A stretch of DNA of 64,000 nucleotides from Selaginella moellendorffii. Lineage: Eukaryota; Plantae; Lycopodiophyta. The notes beneath the pieces are model-generated. The model was not told where the DNA came from. It worked only from the letters and a program-made list of their open reading frames with translations, and did not search any database. Below are positions 27,201-41,542 of the stretch, in pieces (the first letter of the stretch is position 1; every line of letters begins with the position of its first letter). Position numbers and translations under genes: made by a program. The stretch spans positions 8,822 to 72,821 of the forward strand of contig NW_003314458.1 in assembly GCF_000143415.4 (NCBI RefSeq), read 5' to 3'.

Positions 27201-28520
27201 ACACATTAGTGAGCTTATTGTAGTTAAGTTGGATTCGAGTGGTCATTTTGTTCGTGTTTGTCCATAAACCTTTATCTTGTTCTGGGATATTACATTCATA
27301 TTGAATAAGTATATGACTCGATGACGTGAGTTTAGTGTTTTAGTTTTATAAAAGCAAGTTGAAGAGTAATGGTTGGTTGCTTTGTAACTAGTGATTGTTA
27401 GTAGACTTCATTGAGGACAACTGACACTTACTTCATTGATAATAATTTAGCAATGATATACTTACTTTACCGGATGGTGTTGCGAAGGATCAATTCATAG
27501 ACTTACATGGATTTTCTATGTAAGCATATCAATTCCATTTTATCAATGTCATTTGGTTGTATTTAGTATGTGGTGTTGGATTTCATTGAATCTTGGATGT
27601 GGTGATTCATTCCTTAATAAGGTGTTATCTGTAACTGAGTATTGTTGAAGGATTAGTCTTGGATATTAATTAAAATATCTTTAACTTTGGTTAGTTTAGT
27701 TGCTAAAGAGCTTTCAGTGGTGATTCGCTCTTGCTTTCTATTGGCTTTGTTATAATTGTAAGTTCATAAGTTTAGACTTCTTGGGAGGTCACCAAACCCA
27801 GTATTATTCAAACCCAATGACACTATTGTCATTGAAGTGATTAATGGCATTGAATTTAATGGCATGTCTTGTCATTGACATTATTGATGTTAAGAATCGA
27901 GTGAAATGAGATTTCTTTCCATAAGATTGATATTGAATTTTATTAGTCTTGATATAGATAATATCTATAATTTGGCTGTAACTTATATTATTGGCATTCG
28001 TGCATTTACTAGTTAACAACTATATTGACATTCAAATGAGCTGAGTAACAAGTTGAGTTAATCATGTTGTAGACGAGATTATTTAGTAGGGGTTGAGCTT
28101 GGATTTTCTTTGAAATGTGATTTAGTCATAGACTATGCTAGCTTTATGAGAGGAAGAGTTAGTGATTGATATTGAAATTGATGGTTCCTTATTAGATTTG
28201 AGTTGAGGATATATTGATTATTGATGATTGCTTCTATATTTGTTATGAAGTGAGTTATATCTTGTTTTAGAAAGATGGATTTATGGAGGATCAATTTGAT
28301 GGTCACTTGTTAAGTATAGCTTTATTATGCTTAGCTTTTGGATTGATGCAGAAATGCTCTCTATTAGCTTTGGCATTATGAAATTTAACTTCTGCATGTG
28401 TTGAGGAGGATGTTGTGGGTTGTACTATGATTTCTTCTATAGCATTAAAGTTGGTTTATGTGAGATTTGTGATCATTATTAGGTAAAACTTGGCTAAAGG
28501 CTTTTTTGAGTTTTGGCTAA
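24236..28520 (+). mobile_element. Family C non-coding LTR element fragment: partial 5' LTR 24236-24934, decayed PBS, internal region
   Basis: LTR part is the reverse complement of part of 29632-30711; TTTGATATTAGAGA (decayed Met PBS) follows TACA; internal part matches the reverse complement of about 32125-35790. Confidence 0.75.
27757..27823 (-). mobile_element. Fragment of a 5S-rRNA-containing (Cassandra-like) LTR
   Basis: Minus strand GTGTCATTGGGTTTGAATAATACTGGGTTTGGTGACCTCCCAAGAAGTC...GAACTTACA, homologous to 28934-29000; absent from the paralogous site near 32790. Confidence 0.7.
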
Positions 28521-28716
28521 CTTGAAACTTACTCAATATGAAATGGCTCTAGATTGTTAATTTGGGCATGGGATAAAGACCATTGTGTTCAGAATAATCT
28601 CTACATTCCATAGATATGCCAAATTAGTAAATCTAGACACTTTCCATAAATAACAATTGGGATCAAATAGAACTAACACAAAGTACATGATAGTGAGAGT
28701 GTTTGGCAAACACGGT

Positions 28717-29000
28717 TGAAAATAATCAAAAGGAACAATTCGGGAGAACAATGGCTCTCAGCTTCCATTTACGAGAGCATGAACTTGCAGAGAAACATGG
28801 TGGATTGTAAGCAACCAAAGGAAATAGCTTGGGAGACGATCCATTGGGGTTCAAATATAGAGGGAAAGGGCCCATGAATAAGAGTGCACCCCTTTTTCCA
28901 ATCGGTTAAAATTTTTGGGATATTTGGGGTTAAGTGTCCTTGGGTTTGAATAGTACTAAGTTGGGTGACCTCCCAGGAAGTCCAAACTCAAGAACTTACA
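28717..29000 (+). mobile_element. Cassandra-like TRIM remnant with a 5S rRNA-derived segment (28929-28983)
   Basis: TSD ACGGT (28712-28716, 29001-29005); PPT-like GGTGGAT then LTR TGTAAG...CTTACA (28806-29000); about 45/55 identity by eye to the 3' half of plant 5S rRNA. Confidence 0.82.
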
Positions 29001-32000
29001 ACGGTAAACTATCATTTAGTGAATATTAAGGGATTAAGCTTAATATTGCAAGGGTTCCCAACACTAGTAAGTGCAAGCTAACAACATGAGTTTCTCATCA
29101 CTGTGTCAAGTATGCTTGACTAAATGACAACTTTGGATTTCGTTCCTTAGTGCCCTTCGGGTCTAAGTGCACATGTGATGACCAGTTTCTCAACTAGCTT
29201 AGGTAGAGACTGATAAAGAATCTAACAATATTGACCTTTTGTCATCATGGCAGTAAAAAAAGAATATCTAAAAGGAATAGTCAATAAGTAACTTTTGATA
29301 CCCAAAGTCTCATTTGCGACACTCTCCCCCCTTTAGGGAAGATCGATGTCCTTGTTGATGCATACTATAGTCTCGAGCACTGCCAAGGAAACAACTCCAG
29401 AACAAGTTCACGATGTTCATACTGTGTGAGAAATGCACAACTTAAATGAATTTTGAAGCAACCTCTTTGTCTAATGTAGATGCACTACCAACTCAGACAC
29501 CTTCTGGCCGTTGCCAACAAGGAAATGACCAATGGAGTTAGCCACCCTTGCTGCTCTAGCTGTCACCCAGCTTACAAAAGTGTGATACGCCCCTGCCCAT
29601 AGGGACATAGAGAGAAGTTAGAGGTCTCAACTATAGCACACGTGGTTTTTACCCTTTATCCTATGGTGATTTACCATAGGATAACCACGAAGCAGAACCT
29701 AAACCCTCCATGTGCCATGTGTCATATACCACATGTCCAAAGGACAGTGGTGTGGAATTCAAGTTTTAGGGCCTTGGGCCACTGAATGAAGGAATTGTGC
29801 CAAACTCCCAAGCATGGAGCCAAGGAGCAATAGCACTGGAGCACGGAACGACTCCTGAGCATACAGCCCAAAAAGTGAAGGGATAAGAGCATAGAGAAAC
29901 TTGGAACAGTCCTAGAGTATCTAGCATCCCAATGCCAGGACCAACATACAAAATGGAGCCAAACGGAGTCTGGTGCTATTTCAGCATACCAGTGGCCTAA
30001 CGCAAAGATATGGGCACTCCACTAGTTAACATTGAATGAAACTTGAGCTTAGACTCAAACTAGATGCAGAACAAGGACAAGCACGCAAGTGGGAGTTAGA
30101 CTATACCTTAGGTTGATCAACCATGCCCAACCTACCCACTATCCTTACTATACATTTAGACCCCCCATCTTGAGGAACACATGCTTTGGGCTTTCACCCC
30201 AAGCCTCCCTTAGTATCAAGAGTTACTCTCTAGGACAAGTTCGAAACTTACTAAATATGGAATTGTGAATTTGGACACGGGACGAACACCATCATGTTTA
30301 GGCCAATCTCTACATTCCATAGATATGCCAAATGAGCAAATCTAGGCACTTTCCATAAATAGCATTTGGAACCAAAATGAGACTAACACAAAAGGTATGA
30401 TAGCAAGGGTGTTTAGCAGACACAGTAAGATATCATCTAACCAATATTGAGGGACCAAGCTCAATATCATGAGGGTTCCCAACACTAGCAAGTGCAAGTC
30501 AACGAATGAGTTTCTCTAACCAAATCAAGTATGCTTGACTAATAGCACTTAGGAATTCTGTCCTTATGCTCATCTGGTCAAGTGCACACGCGAAGATCAG
30601 TTTCTCAACTAGCTTAGGCGGAGACTGATAAAGGACTTAGCAGTAAGGAAAGAATATTCGAAAGAAATAGTTGACAAATAACTTTCGATACCTAAAGTCA
30701 CATTCGCAACACTCTCCCCCCCTTTGGGAAGATCGACATCCTTGTCGATGCATACTCCAATCTAGACCATTGCCAAGGAAACAACTCTAGAAAAAGTTCA
30801 CGATGATCACACTATATGAGAAATGCACCAACTTAAATGAGTTAGGAGGCAACTTTTTTGTCTAATGCGGATGCACTACCAACTCAGACACCTTTCGCCG
30901 TCGCTGACAAGGAAATGACCAACGGAGTCAGCCACCCTTGCTGCTCTGGGTGTCACCCAGCTTACAAAAGTGTGATACGCCCCTACCTGCAGGGATATAG
31001 AGAGAGAAGCCTTAGGCCCCAACCCTCATAAGCAAAGAAACCAAACCTATCAGTAAGGTTTAGATAGACTATTATAAATAGACAGTTAGAGTTGTTTACA
31101 CGGTCACACCTTTTTAACGGAATAAAGAACATCGATAGAGAGGTGGGTTATGTGACTAGTCGACAATAGCTACCCCATGACTAAAGATTTCACCATGCAC
31201 ACGAAGTGTCGAAGCTAGTTTGCCTATATTGGCCCAAACCCAAAGATTAGCAGATAGACAATATCAGAGTCATAAACAATGATATTTTAGAGTCTTAATT
31301 ATCAGTGATTAAATCTTAGATTAGAACACTAAATATTCCAAGTAAGTTATCATCTGATAAACCAGTATTTGAATATATGAACCACCAAGATTAGTATGTT
31401 TGGAAAATATAGAATTCACTATCTAACAAAATTTAATAGCAAGTGTATCATCAAGAAAACTCAATGATAAAACTTAACTATCAAAGATTGCAGATAGAAT
31501 GCCAAACAACTTACAAAAGATAACTTAAAGAACACAAAGTATCATTGACTGACAAACAAAATGCTCACGAATGTATCACTTAAAGGAAATAACATCCAAA
31601 TCTATCAAAACTAACTTAAACAATAATCAATAGAACAAAATGAATGTTGTATGACTAACAAACACTCGTTCATGCTAACTATTGCACTAGCCAATTTGTA
31701 TAAATCTCGGTCAATAACACCAAGGAACTAGAGTTGTTCAAGTGAGTGTCAGCAACATCCTACCAATGTCTCAAACCCAAAAGACCAATCCAGAGTAAAC
31801 CACAAAGAACATGTGATATTGTGAGAAGGCATAAGCCATCAAAAAAACAACTAACTATCATAAAAGATCATCAACCATCCTATGAATAGAGAAATACATA
31901 ATCATCATCAAAGAAAAAATTCACCATCCCGAAGAACAGCAAAACATTCTATATCAACAATAATCAAGCAAAACCTTTGATAAGGATAATCAACTCCCAG

Positions 32001-34383
32001 ATGACAGTCAATCATCACTAATGATTGCCAAATGCAAATATTAACTTTAATATCAAAGCTAATGAGCCAAAATACCTTCCCCAACAACTCTTAACAAATG
32101 GAGCAATGAGCATAAACCTCAAAGTCTAAAAGCTCGAAGGATCCTATACCCAAGTCTTGCCTAACAATAATCATGAGTCTCGCATGAACTAACTTTAATG
32201 CTAAAGAAGAAATCATAGCATAATTCATAATATCCTCCTCAACACATCTATAAACTAAACTTTATACTGCAAAAGCTAATGAAGTGCATGTTTGCATCAA
32301 TCCAAAAGCTAAGCATAAAAAAGTTATGCTTAATAAGTGATTATCTAATCAATCCTCTATGAATCCATCTATAGCAAGACGCAACTCATTAAATAACAAG
32401 CACAAGAAGAATCATCAATAATCAATATATTCCAACTCAAATCCAATAAGGATTCAAACATTTTAATATCGATCACTAACTCTTCCTCTCGTAAAGCTAG
32501 CATAGTCCATGACTAAATCACTTTTCAAGGGAAAGCTCAAAACTCAACCTCGACTAAGCAATCTCATCTAGAACACAACTAACTCAACTTGCCACTCAGT
32601 TTATTTAAACGTTAATACAGTTGCTAACTAGCAATTGTACAAATGCCAACAACATAAAGCTACAGCCCAAGTATCAACACTATGTACATCGAGACTAATG
32701 AAACTCAATATCAATCCTACGGAGAGACATCTTATCCCACTTGAATCTTAATAATAATAATGTCAACAACAAAACATCACTTTAATACCATCAACACTAG
32801 AACAAAGCTAAAAGAAAGCAAGTGTGAATCACCACTTAAAGCTTTTCAGCAACTAAGTTAACCAAAGTCAAAGATACTATACTTAATATCCAAGACCAAT
32901 CCTCCAACAATACTCAGTTTCAGATAACACATCATCAAAGAGTGATTCACCATATCCAAGACTCAATAAAATCTAACACCACAGACTAAACGTAACCAAA
33001 TGACATCGACAAAGGAATCGATATGCTAACATGGAAAACCCATGTAAGTTTGAATGACACGATCCTCCGCAACACCATCTGGTAAAGCAAGCCCATCACC
33101 GATAAATCATCATCGAGCGAAGCAAGTGTCAAACAGTTCTTGACAAAGTCTACAAGCAATCACTAGTTGTCAAGTAATTAATAATCACTCTTTCAACTTG
33201 CCTTCACAAGATCTAAACACTAAACTTATGCCATTGAGTCATAAACTTGTCCAACATGAATGTAATACCTTAGGCACGAGATAAAGGTTCATGGACAAGC
33301 ACGAACTAAATGACTACCCGAATCCAACTCAATTGCAATAAGTTCACCGACATGTCTAGCCAACAACTCTGAGCATGCCTTGAAGAGGTTGGCTATGCAT
33401 GATTAACACTTAGTCGAAACTAAAGTAAAGACCATGAGATAGACTCATAATGGTACACAACCTCCTCATAGACAAAGCTATAGTACGGGTACCAACATCT
33501 CAATTTTAAACAACTAAGTTGGATATTACCATCCTCAGCCAAGGCGCAAGGCCACCAAGACCAAGTCAGTGAGAGCTCATTACCCTCATAGAGTTTAACA
33601 AAATGCAAAGTGCAACTTGCCACCCAGCAAAATGCTATAAAAGAAAGGCATAAGGGCCACCTTTCTAGAAAAGCATAACAGCCATTTTTCTGCACGAACT
33701 CCAAACTCTATCCAACTCAATTATCTTAGGTTCAAAAGTTAGCATCCCTTTTGGGCCGCAACATACAAAGTACCTACTAAGGTCTAAGCTAACCAAAATT
33801 AACTCTAACCCCTTCATTAGTTTATACTGGTTTACGAAAACGGAATGGTTTTTGAGCAAAATGATCAATAAATCAGTCATTGAATAAGTCTAAAAAAATT
33901 TGTGGAAAAATTTCTATCCTATAAAAAGAATGACTCTTGGTCCAGGAATGTAAACTTTCAAGACTCAACTAACTTCTTCCTACCAACAACTTCACATAGG
34001 TTCACCTTAACACAAAATTTTGAGACCCATAGTATGCTTATGCATCGAGCATCATGCCCATATTTTTGACATCCAATATCGACATCCACAATATTCAAAA
34101 TGAACATCTAAGATTCGATCACAAATATTATATCTTTAGATATCTAAATTGCACTAACACTCTTTTTCAACCACCTTCAAGATCTAATATGAAGCCAAAA
34201 CACTAACAAGAAAAATAACATGGAAAATAAAGTTTTAAAGAAAATTCTTCATCACTTAAAACAATAATTCCACTTCCACTAACACAAGTGCTAGCAATGT
34301 CAATGCCTCAATTACTCACCTTCTCCATCCAACAATTTACTCCAAGTGCTAATGAATAAATTAACAAGCTATAGCAAGTGAAT

Positions 34384-34602
34384 TGTAATGCACTTTATCT
34401 CTCTCCTCTTAAATCAATTGGAAAAAGGGCAATTGCTTGATAAAATAGCCATTGAAACTTGGGTTTTGCACCACTATCCTTGGACACATGGCATGTGGCA
34501 TGTGGAATGTGACACGTGGTGCATAAAGGGTTTAGGTTCCGCTTCATGGTTATTCTATGGTAAATCACTATAGGATAAAGGGTGAAAACCACATGTGTTA
34601 CA
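34384..34602 (+). mobile_element. 219-bp solo LTR (TRIM-size)
   Basis: TGTAA...TTACA with TSD TGAAT. Confidence 0.85.
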
Positions 34603-35292
34603 TGAATGATATAACCTTTTCCAACACCTTAATAGGCAAATCCCCAGAAAACAAGTACCAGCTTAGCATATCATGGATCACCATTGAGAACTTAGTCAAA
34701 GCTACTACAATATTACTATGTGCAAGTAGACTAGCATCACTATCAACCATTTTGGGGTTGATCATCGTTTAACCAAGCAACTTTGTAAACACATTACTCA
34801 TGATCACATAGATATGATATGGAAATCACAATGACTTGATCATCAATTAAGCAACACCACAAGCAACACCCATATCATTATTACAAAGGTTTATGTGAGT
34901 ATCAAGTGCTAGCTTGATTCGATAAAATGCAACATAAATGCCACACCCCACCGATAGAGATTTACAACACAGACAAACTCATGCCATTCTCTTTCTAACA
35001 AAACTCAAAACTAATCCAATACCAAGCTACTCAAAGAGCAATAGCAAAGTTCCCTGAAGAAAGAATTGAACATTGTAACCCAAGTCTTCCAATAGCAAGC
35101 CTAGACAAAATGGCATAGTGCTTCACTGCTATCCATCCCATAACTCACCACTTGTAAAACCATCACCACCAACATGCACCAAAATAGGGACTCTTGATTT
35201 GCATACTGTGAACACGAGCAATGAGTTAGCATCTCGTTGTGAGCCATTTATCTGTGAAGAGAAAATGATTTACATGTTTGATCCTTTGTCCC

Positions 35293-35444
35293 TGTAGCGC
35301 ATGTGATCATGAGATGAGATTTGGATATATTATCACTGTGGATCCTTAGAACCTTGGGGGATAAAATAACCACTAAGGCCTCTTTCATCAAGCAATTGCC
35401 CTTTTTCTAGTTGACTTAAGGGGAGAGAGATAAGGTGCATTACA
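35293..35444 (-). mobile_element. 152-bp solo LTR (TRIM-size)
   Basis: TGTA...TACA with TSD GTCCC; shares about 60 bp of 5' end with 34384-34602. Confidence 0.85.
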
Positions 35445-36326
35445 GTCCCTGACGACTCTCTTTTCAGTCTCATCTTTGACCCAATCTCAAACTTGCTTTT
35501 GCACTGCCTTTAGTCCAATCTAAGAAAAATTTATGAGAGAGCACGGCAATGACTACTTGAATCAATCAAGATTAATCCCTACAATCTTAATTGATCCACT
35601 TATAATCATTCCTAAGAAGAATCCATTAGTACCATGCTAAACAGCTACGAACTAGCTTATTTGCCACTCTTACCAAACCCAAAAGAGGTTTACTTTTACC
35701 CAAGGTACATGGAACAACTTATGGAACCACCGATAGGCTAACATTAATCTTGCCAACTCAAACGTAATCTCCTCACTCACAAGCCCAAGCGCAACACACG
35801 TTTTGGGCTTTCACCTCAAGCCTCCCTTAGTATCAGAAGTTAGTCTCTAGGACAAACTCAAAACTTACTAAATATGAAATGTCCCTAGATTGTGAATTTG
35901 GACACGGGATGAACACTATTGTGTTCATGACAATCTCTACATTCCATAGATATGCCAAATGAGCAAATCTAGATACTTTCCATAAATAGCATTTGGGAAC
36001 GAAATGAGATTAACACAAAGGGCATGATAATGAGGGTGTTTGGCAAACACAGTAAGCTATCATCCAGCGATATTGAGGGACTAATCCCAATACATGAGGG
36101 TTCTTGTCACGCCAGTGCAAGATGGCTGAATAGACACTTAGGAATTCTGTCCTTATGCTCATTCATCCAAGTATAGATGCAAAGTCCAGTTTACTAATAC
36201 TTGAACAAGAGGGACTGGTAAAGGGTCTAGCAATACTAACCTCCTACCGTCGTGGCAGTAAGGAAAGAATATTCGAAAGGACTAGCCAACAAGTAGCTTT
36301 TGATACCCGAAGTCACATTCATGACA

Positions 36327-37320
36327 ATAACTGCTTTGCATAAGTCTCAACGGTCGGGACCAACACTTCAGACATTGGTTTCAGTACAACATCCTATTGA
36401 AGCACTCCACAAGCATTCCCTTGCAGCATCTCCCATGGAGAACAGCCAATAGTGCTATGAAATGTGTTGTTATAACAGATTTTTTCTGTATCCAATGCTC
36501 AACCCAGTCACGTTAGTCTGTCGCAACATAGTACCACAGATAATCCTCAACTTGAGCATTCACATGTTTGGTTTGCCCATTAGTTTGAGGATGATAAGCC
36601 GTACTAAACTTCAACTTGGTACCAAACAACTAGAACAGTATGCCCCAAAACTTCCCCGTAAATCTCAAATCTCTATTCGAGATCATCTCTTTAGGAAGAC
36701 CATGAACCGGAACTACTTCATGGAAAAAGAGCTTTGCTATTTGTTTCGCATTCATTGTTCCCATAGTTGGAATGAAATGTGCAATCTTTGACAACTGATC
36801 CAAATCCACCATCAAAGTATCATAACCCTTAGACTTCGGCAAACAAGTGACAAAATCAAGGGTCACACTCTGAAATAGCCATACTGGTGCTGGAATGCAC
36901 TGCAACTTTCTAGCCTACTTCTCAGTTCTACGCTTATATTGTTGGCATAAAGGGCAGGAATGGCATAGTCCGCTACATCACCTTCCATACCAAACCAGAA
37001 AAATCCCTTTTTCAACGAAGCCAGAGTCTTTCGCTTTCCACCATGTCCTGCTGCCGGAACATCATGATGTTCCCGCAAAAACAATTGCTGCAGGTCCTTA
37101 GAGGGAAGATACAATCTTTTTTGCTTATAGAATATAAGCCTATCCTGAACTGAAGTGAAGCTTCACATTGGTTCAATTAGCAACTTTCGCTACCTTGCTA
37201 CCAAGGTTCTGCTTCGACAACTCCGCACGGTGCAAGATTGCTTTCGCCAACGACTCACTTCTATACGAAGCCCGAACATCCTCCAACTAGTCCAAACTGA
37301 TTGCTGATATTGCCCGGAAC
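36327..37320 (-). pseudogene. Ty3/gypsy integrase remnant
   Basis: HHDVPAAGHGG, SVTLDFVTCLP, STAYHPQTNGQT; frameshifted. Confidence 0.88.
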
Positions 37321-40300
37321 TAAGTTGTACCTCATACAAGGTGATACCCTATGTATTCTCATGCCTCCACTATTCTAATTCATCCCTGTCGCTTTTGTAT
37401 TTTGGAAGGAAACACTATTTATGAAAACTCTGCATTTATGTTTACCCTTTACTCCAATGGACCTAATGAAGACATGTTCAAGACAGATTCAAACTAGCAG
37501 GTATTCTTAAAGAACCATAGAACTGCACATCATCTCTTTCAGGGAAATTTATGAGGTGTTTGTGAGGCTCTGAAGTGTTAACCTCCTCTGGATATTTTTC
37601 AATAATGGAAAAAAACCTTTAAAACATGAATGGTACTTTTTCACTGCTTCTTTCATGTTTTATGGTAGTCAGGTTACAACTTCTGGAATTCTATGAGCAG
37701 CGTTTGAGGAATGTCTAGAGAATGAGAAATTGTAAGGTGTAGTATGATATTTTCTTGCTCTAATAAATAGTTAAATAGTAGTACATTGTATTGCCTGTTG
37801 TAGCCTTTGTGGCTTTGCTTGACTATAAAACAATGCTTACAAGGTCAGAATGTCACAAGCAGATATTTCATAAAGATGTCAGTCTCTTGCCACTTCACTC
37901 TTAGACAATGAAATCAGATAAATGAATCACCCAAGACAAAATGTGGAAGAAGAATAGAATTGGATTCATCACCTTTGCAAATACCTAGATAGACATATAT
38001 CCTTGCAAGAGGAAGAGATCTAACATCATTTGCATTGCCTGACACTAGATTGATGAGCTTCCTTAGAATGGCTTGTGGTGCACCACAGGGAGCATAGAAA
38101 CATAAGTTCGGGCCACAAAGGTCACCATTTCAAACTTATTATCAAATGGCCCTTAAAAATGTGTTACAATCCACTGCTACAAAAACTAACACCATATGTG
38201 TATGCAAATAATGGTATCCTAGGGTCACAATCTCCTATTTTAATAGTCCAAGCTAACACATTAGCGCATATGAGAGAAGATGAGACTTTATAGTACGCCA
38301 TCACAATATAGTGAATTGTGAATAGTGAAAATATGAGACAGTGATAGGTGGGCTAGAGAAGGATGTTAGAGAAAAACCATATAATGGACTTCGTATGTGC
38401 ACAGAGAAAGATTAAGGAAGGTTGCTAATCTTACAAAAAAATATTTACTATCTATATCAAAAAGTATATTTGTATTTTGCTATTTAGAGAAATTGTTGGT
38501 GATGTATATATTCCAAACATGCAATTCTTAAGAATATCTGAAAATATCATTATTTTTGTAGAAAACTCTACACTTGAAGACTTAAGAAAATTATTCTCAC
38601 TTATAAAAATCCTTGAAAAATGTCAAAATTAAAATTAATGTAAATCAAAGCTATATACATGTGAATTGTAAGTTTTTTATAAATTCTATTAAAAACTATT
38701 TAAATTTTTTTTTATATCTTGATAATTATATTATGTTAAAATTTGAAAAAATATAAAAATTTCATTATATTATTCTTATAGATTGTAAAATTTTAGATCT
38801 AAGTTTATTTTTGTAATTTTATAGTATTTATAATGAAAGTATAAAAAAATAAGAATTATAGAGGATAAAAATATTAACAACACTTTAATCACAAATAATA
38901 ATATTAATACAACAATTTATATTAATTTAAAATAAAATTCAAATTAAAATAACCTTAAATTTTATTATATTTTGATGAAGTTATTATATTATCTTAAATA
39001 TAATAAATATATTAAATATATTAAATATATTAAAAATAGTATAGTGTTAAATACTCTTGATATATTGGTAACTTATATTCTGGTTAGAAAGGTTTTACAC
39101 ATGTATAAATATTTTTAAAAATATTTTTTTTATCTTTACCAACTGAGTTGTATTTTTCTCACAAATGTTTCATGTAATTTTCTCTATTTTGAAACAATTA
39201 ATCTGCTTTTTATAAAATACTTAATTTACCATTTGAACTAACAGGATATTTTTCTTATGCTTAGGTATGGATTGAGATAATACAATATTGAATCAAAAGA
39301 TTAAACTCATGTAAAGCTTTAAGAAAAACCTGTTTAATGTTTTATAATAAAATTATGTGTTCATGCCTCAGTGATGGTGCTCGCCTTCTCATCTGTGTTG
39401 TCTTCTGCANNNNNNNNNNNNNNNNNNNNNNNNNNNNNNNNNNNNNNNNNNNNNNNNNNNNNNNNNNNNNNNNNNNNNNNNNNNNNNNNNNNNNNNNNNN
39501 NNNNNNNNNCTATTCAGATGCAATATTTATCCATTCTTCTTAATAATATATAAGTTATATGAAGATTTCAAAGAAAATAAAACTTCAGTCTTTTAGCACA
39601 AAGAATAACATTAAATTATAAATTATAACATTACGCTTTGAGTAGTAATGAGTTTGATAAAACTTATATTAGATTAAAAATATTTATGAGAACTTATTCT
39701 ACTATTATTGTGGCATTTAAAGTAAAAATAGATATTTAAGATTATATTAAAAACATTTATATATATACTATCTTCTCTTTCCAGCCACACGTGCATCCTA
39801 CCCAGATCAATAAACTAATTAAACCCAAAAACAATAGTCATTTTTGAAAATATAAAAAAATAAGTTAAAAACAAATTATGATTTTAGGTGGATAATTAGT
39901 GAGAGAAAATTCAAAGAAAAAACAATTTTTTATTATCTTCTACATAATATTAGTTAACTTTAATTAATATTTCTAATAGAAAAATTGCGAGTGATTGAAA
40001 ATTTAATTGAATCAGCTTTAAACTTACAATTTTCTATTATGGATTACAACTATAAATTAAACAAATATTATGAATAAAATAATTTAATGTATTGATGGAA
40101 TTAATTATGGCTTTAATGTTGCATGAAAATAAATTATTTTTATTAATAAAAGAACATATATTAAACACAACCCCAATATAAAAAAATAAATAACATATTC
40201 TTTAAGTTATTAGATTGGATGGATCATTAGTAAGTTGTAGTTAAAATCATATGTTTTTTTCAAGAAGTCTCATTCTTGAAGTGTGTTCCTGATGTTCCTA

Positions 40301-41542
40301 CTGTTTGACCTTGGAAATAGAAGAAATCCACAAGAAAGTCCCATAGGATTTACTAGGCTAACGTATTTGTATGATAGGGTTTTCAGAAAGATATCTAACT
40401 TTAGGCATCTAGGAAGTCATGTCACTAAATTGAGTGATGGGTAAATAAGAAATCAAAACTCAAATGTTTACAGTCTCTTTTATTTTTTTAAGAATATTCT
40501 TCTCATGTGAGGTTCCTTTACTTTACTTTAATCTAGCCCTTATTTCAAAACATATATTCTTGGTGACAGTTTTCCAGTTTGGCTTTACTTGCTAGAATTA
40601 AGCTTAATAGTTGATAAGCTACCTTAGAAAGGTATTCTTTTTTACTAAAGTGAACCTATGATACAAGGTAAATATATCTCATAAAAGTGTGTTGCTAAAA
40701 GAATGTATTAATTGGAAGAAGGAATCATTGGCACAAGAGGGCATTCTTTTAGATTTGCAACTATTAAAAGTAAAAGGGTGCAGTTCATGGGACAAGTGTT
40801 ACTTCTTAGAGAGGAATGAAACAAATATTTATTTATAAATAATGACTTCCTAATGCATTTTGTGCTCATCACATTCTATCCTACAGCAACATGTGTTTTA
40901 TATAAGTTCAAGTACCAACTTAACCTAGTTGCTAGCACTCTTTGAAGTCAAAGGAATCCCTCCCTTTTGGAATATATATAAAAAAAAAACAGAGTGCCAC
41001 AGAATAGCTCTAGCAATGAAACTCACAACTTCATGGATAATTCTAAAACATGGTATAGGAGATTGTCTTGATATACAAAACTTTTATAGTTCTATGTGAT
41101 AAATTATTTCAATGGCTGATGCAATTGCAAGAAAAACTCGTGAAGAGATAATGTGAAATATAAGGAATTCTTGCTAGTTTGTAGGTGGTCAAATTCTTAT
41201 TGTGAGAATGAAATGGTCAGTTATATGGATCTCCAAGAAGTTTTAATGCCATATCAAACTCTCAAGGGCATTAATGTTTAAGCTAAACACAGTGGACATC
41301 CTTATTTAATACAAATAGTGCACTCAATCTATTTAACTCCTTGATAGTCTACAAGAATAATGACATACATTTATTCAATGACAACTAATGGTGTGTTAAT
41401 TTCTCATACATTCATCTAGCTGAATTCCTCTTGGCTACAGTTCTACAAGACAAAATTTTTATGAATAATAATATTTTAAAAAAATGATAGCTGAATACTT
41501 TTAAGTTTAATCTAAAATGAAAAGATATGTATATGTGTATAG

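Larger units (their letters stand above)
28521..36326 (-). mobile_element. Family C copies, nested or rearranged: LTR pieces 28521-29321, 29632-30711 (complete, 1.08 kb) and about 35793-36326
   Basis: Three homologous LTR segments; PPT (CTCTCCCCCC on +) at 29322 and 30712; 29322-29631 repeats 30712-31022; no ORFs. Confidence 0.78.

Noticed and set aside
28929-28983. Functional 5S rRNA gene
   Set aside because: Only the 3' half, diverged, and embedded in an LTR with a TSD.
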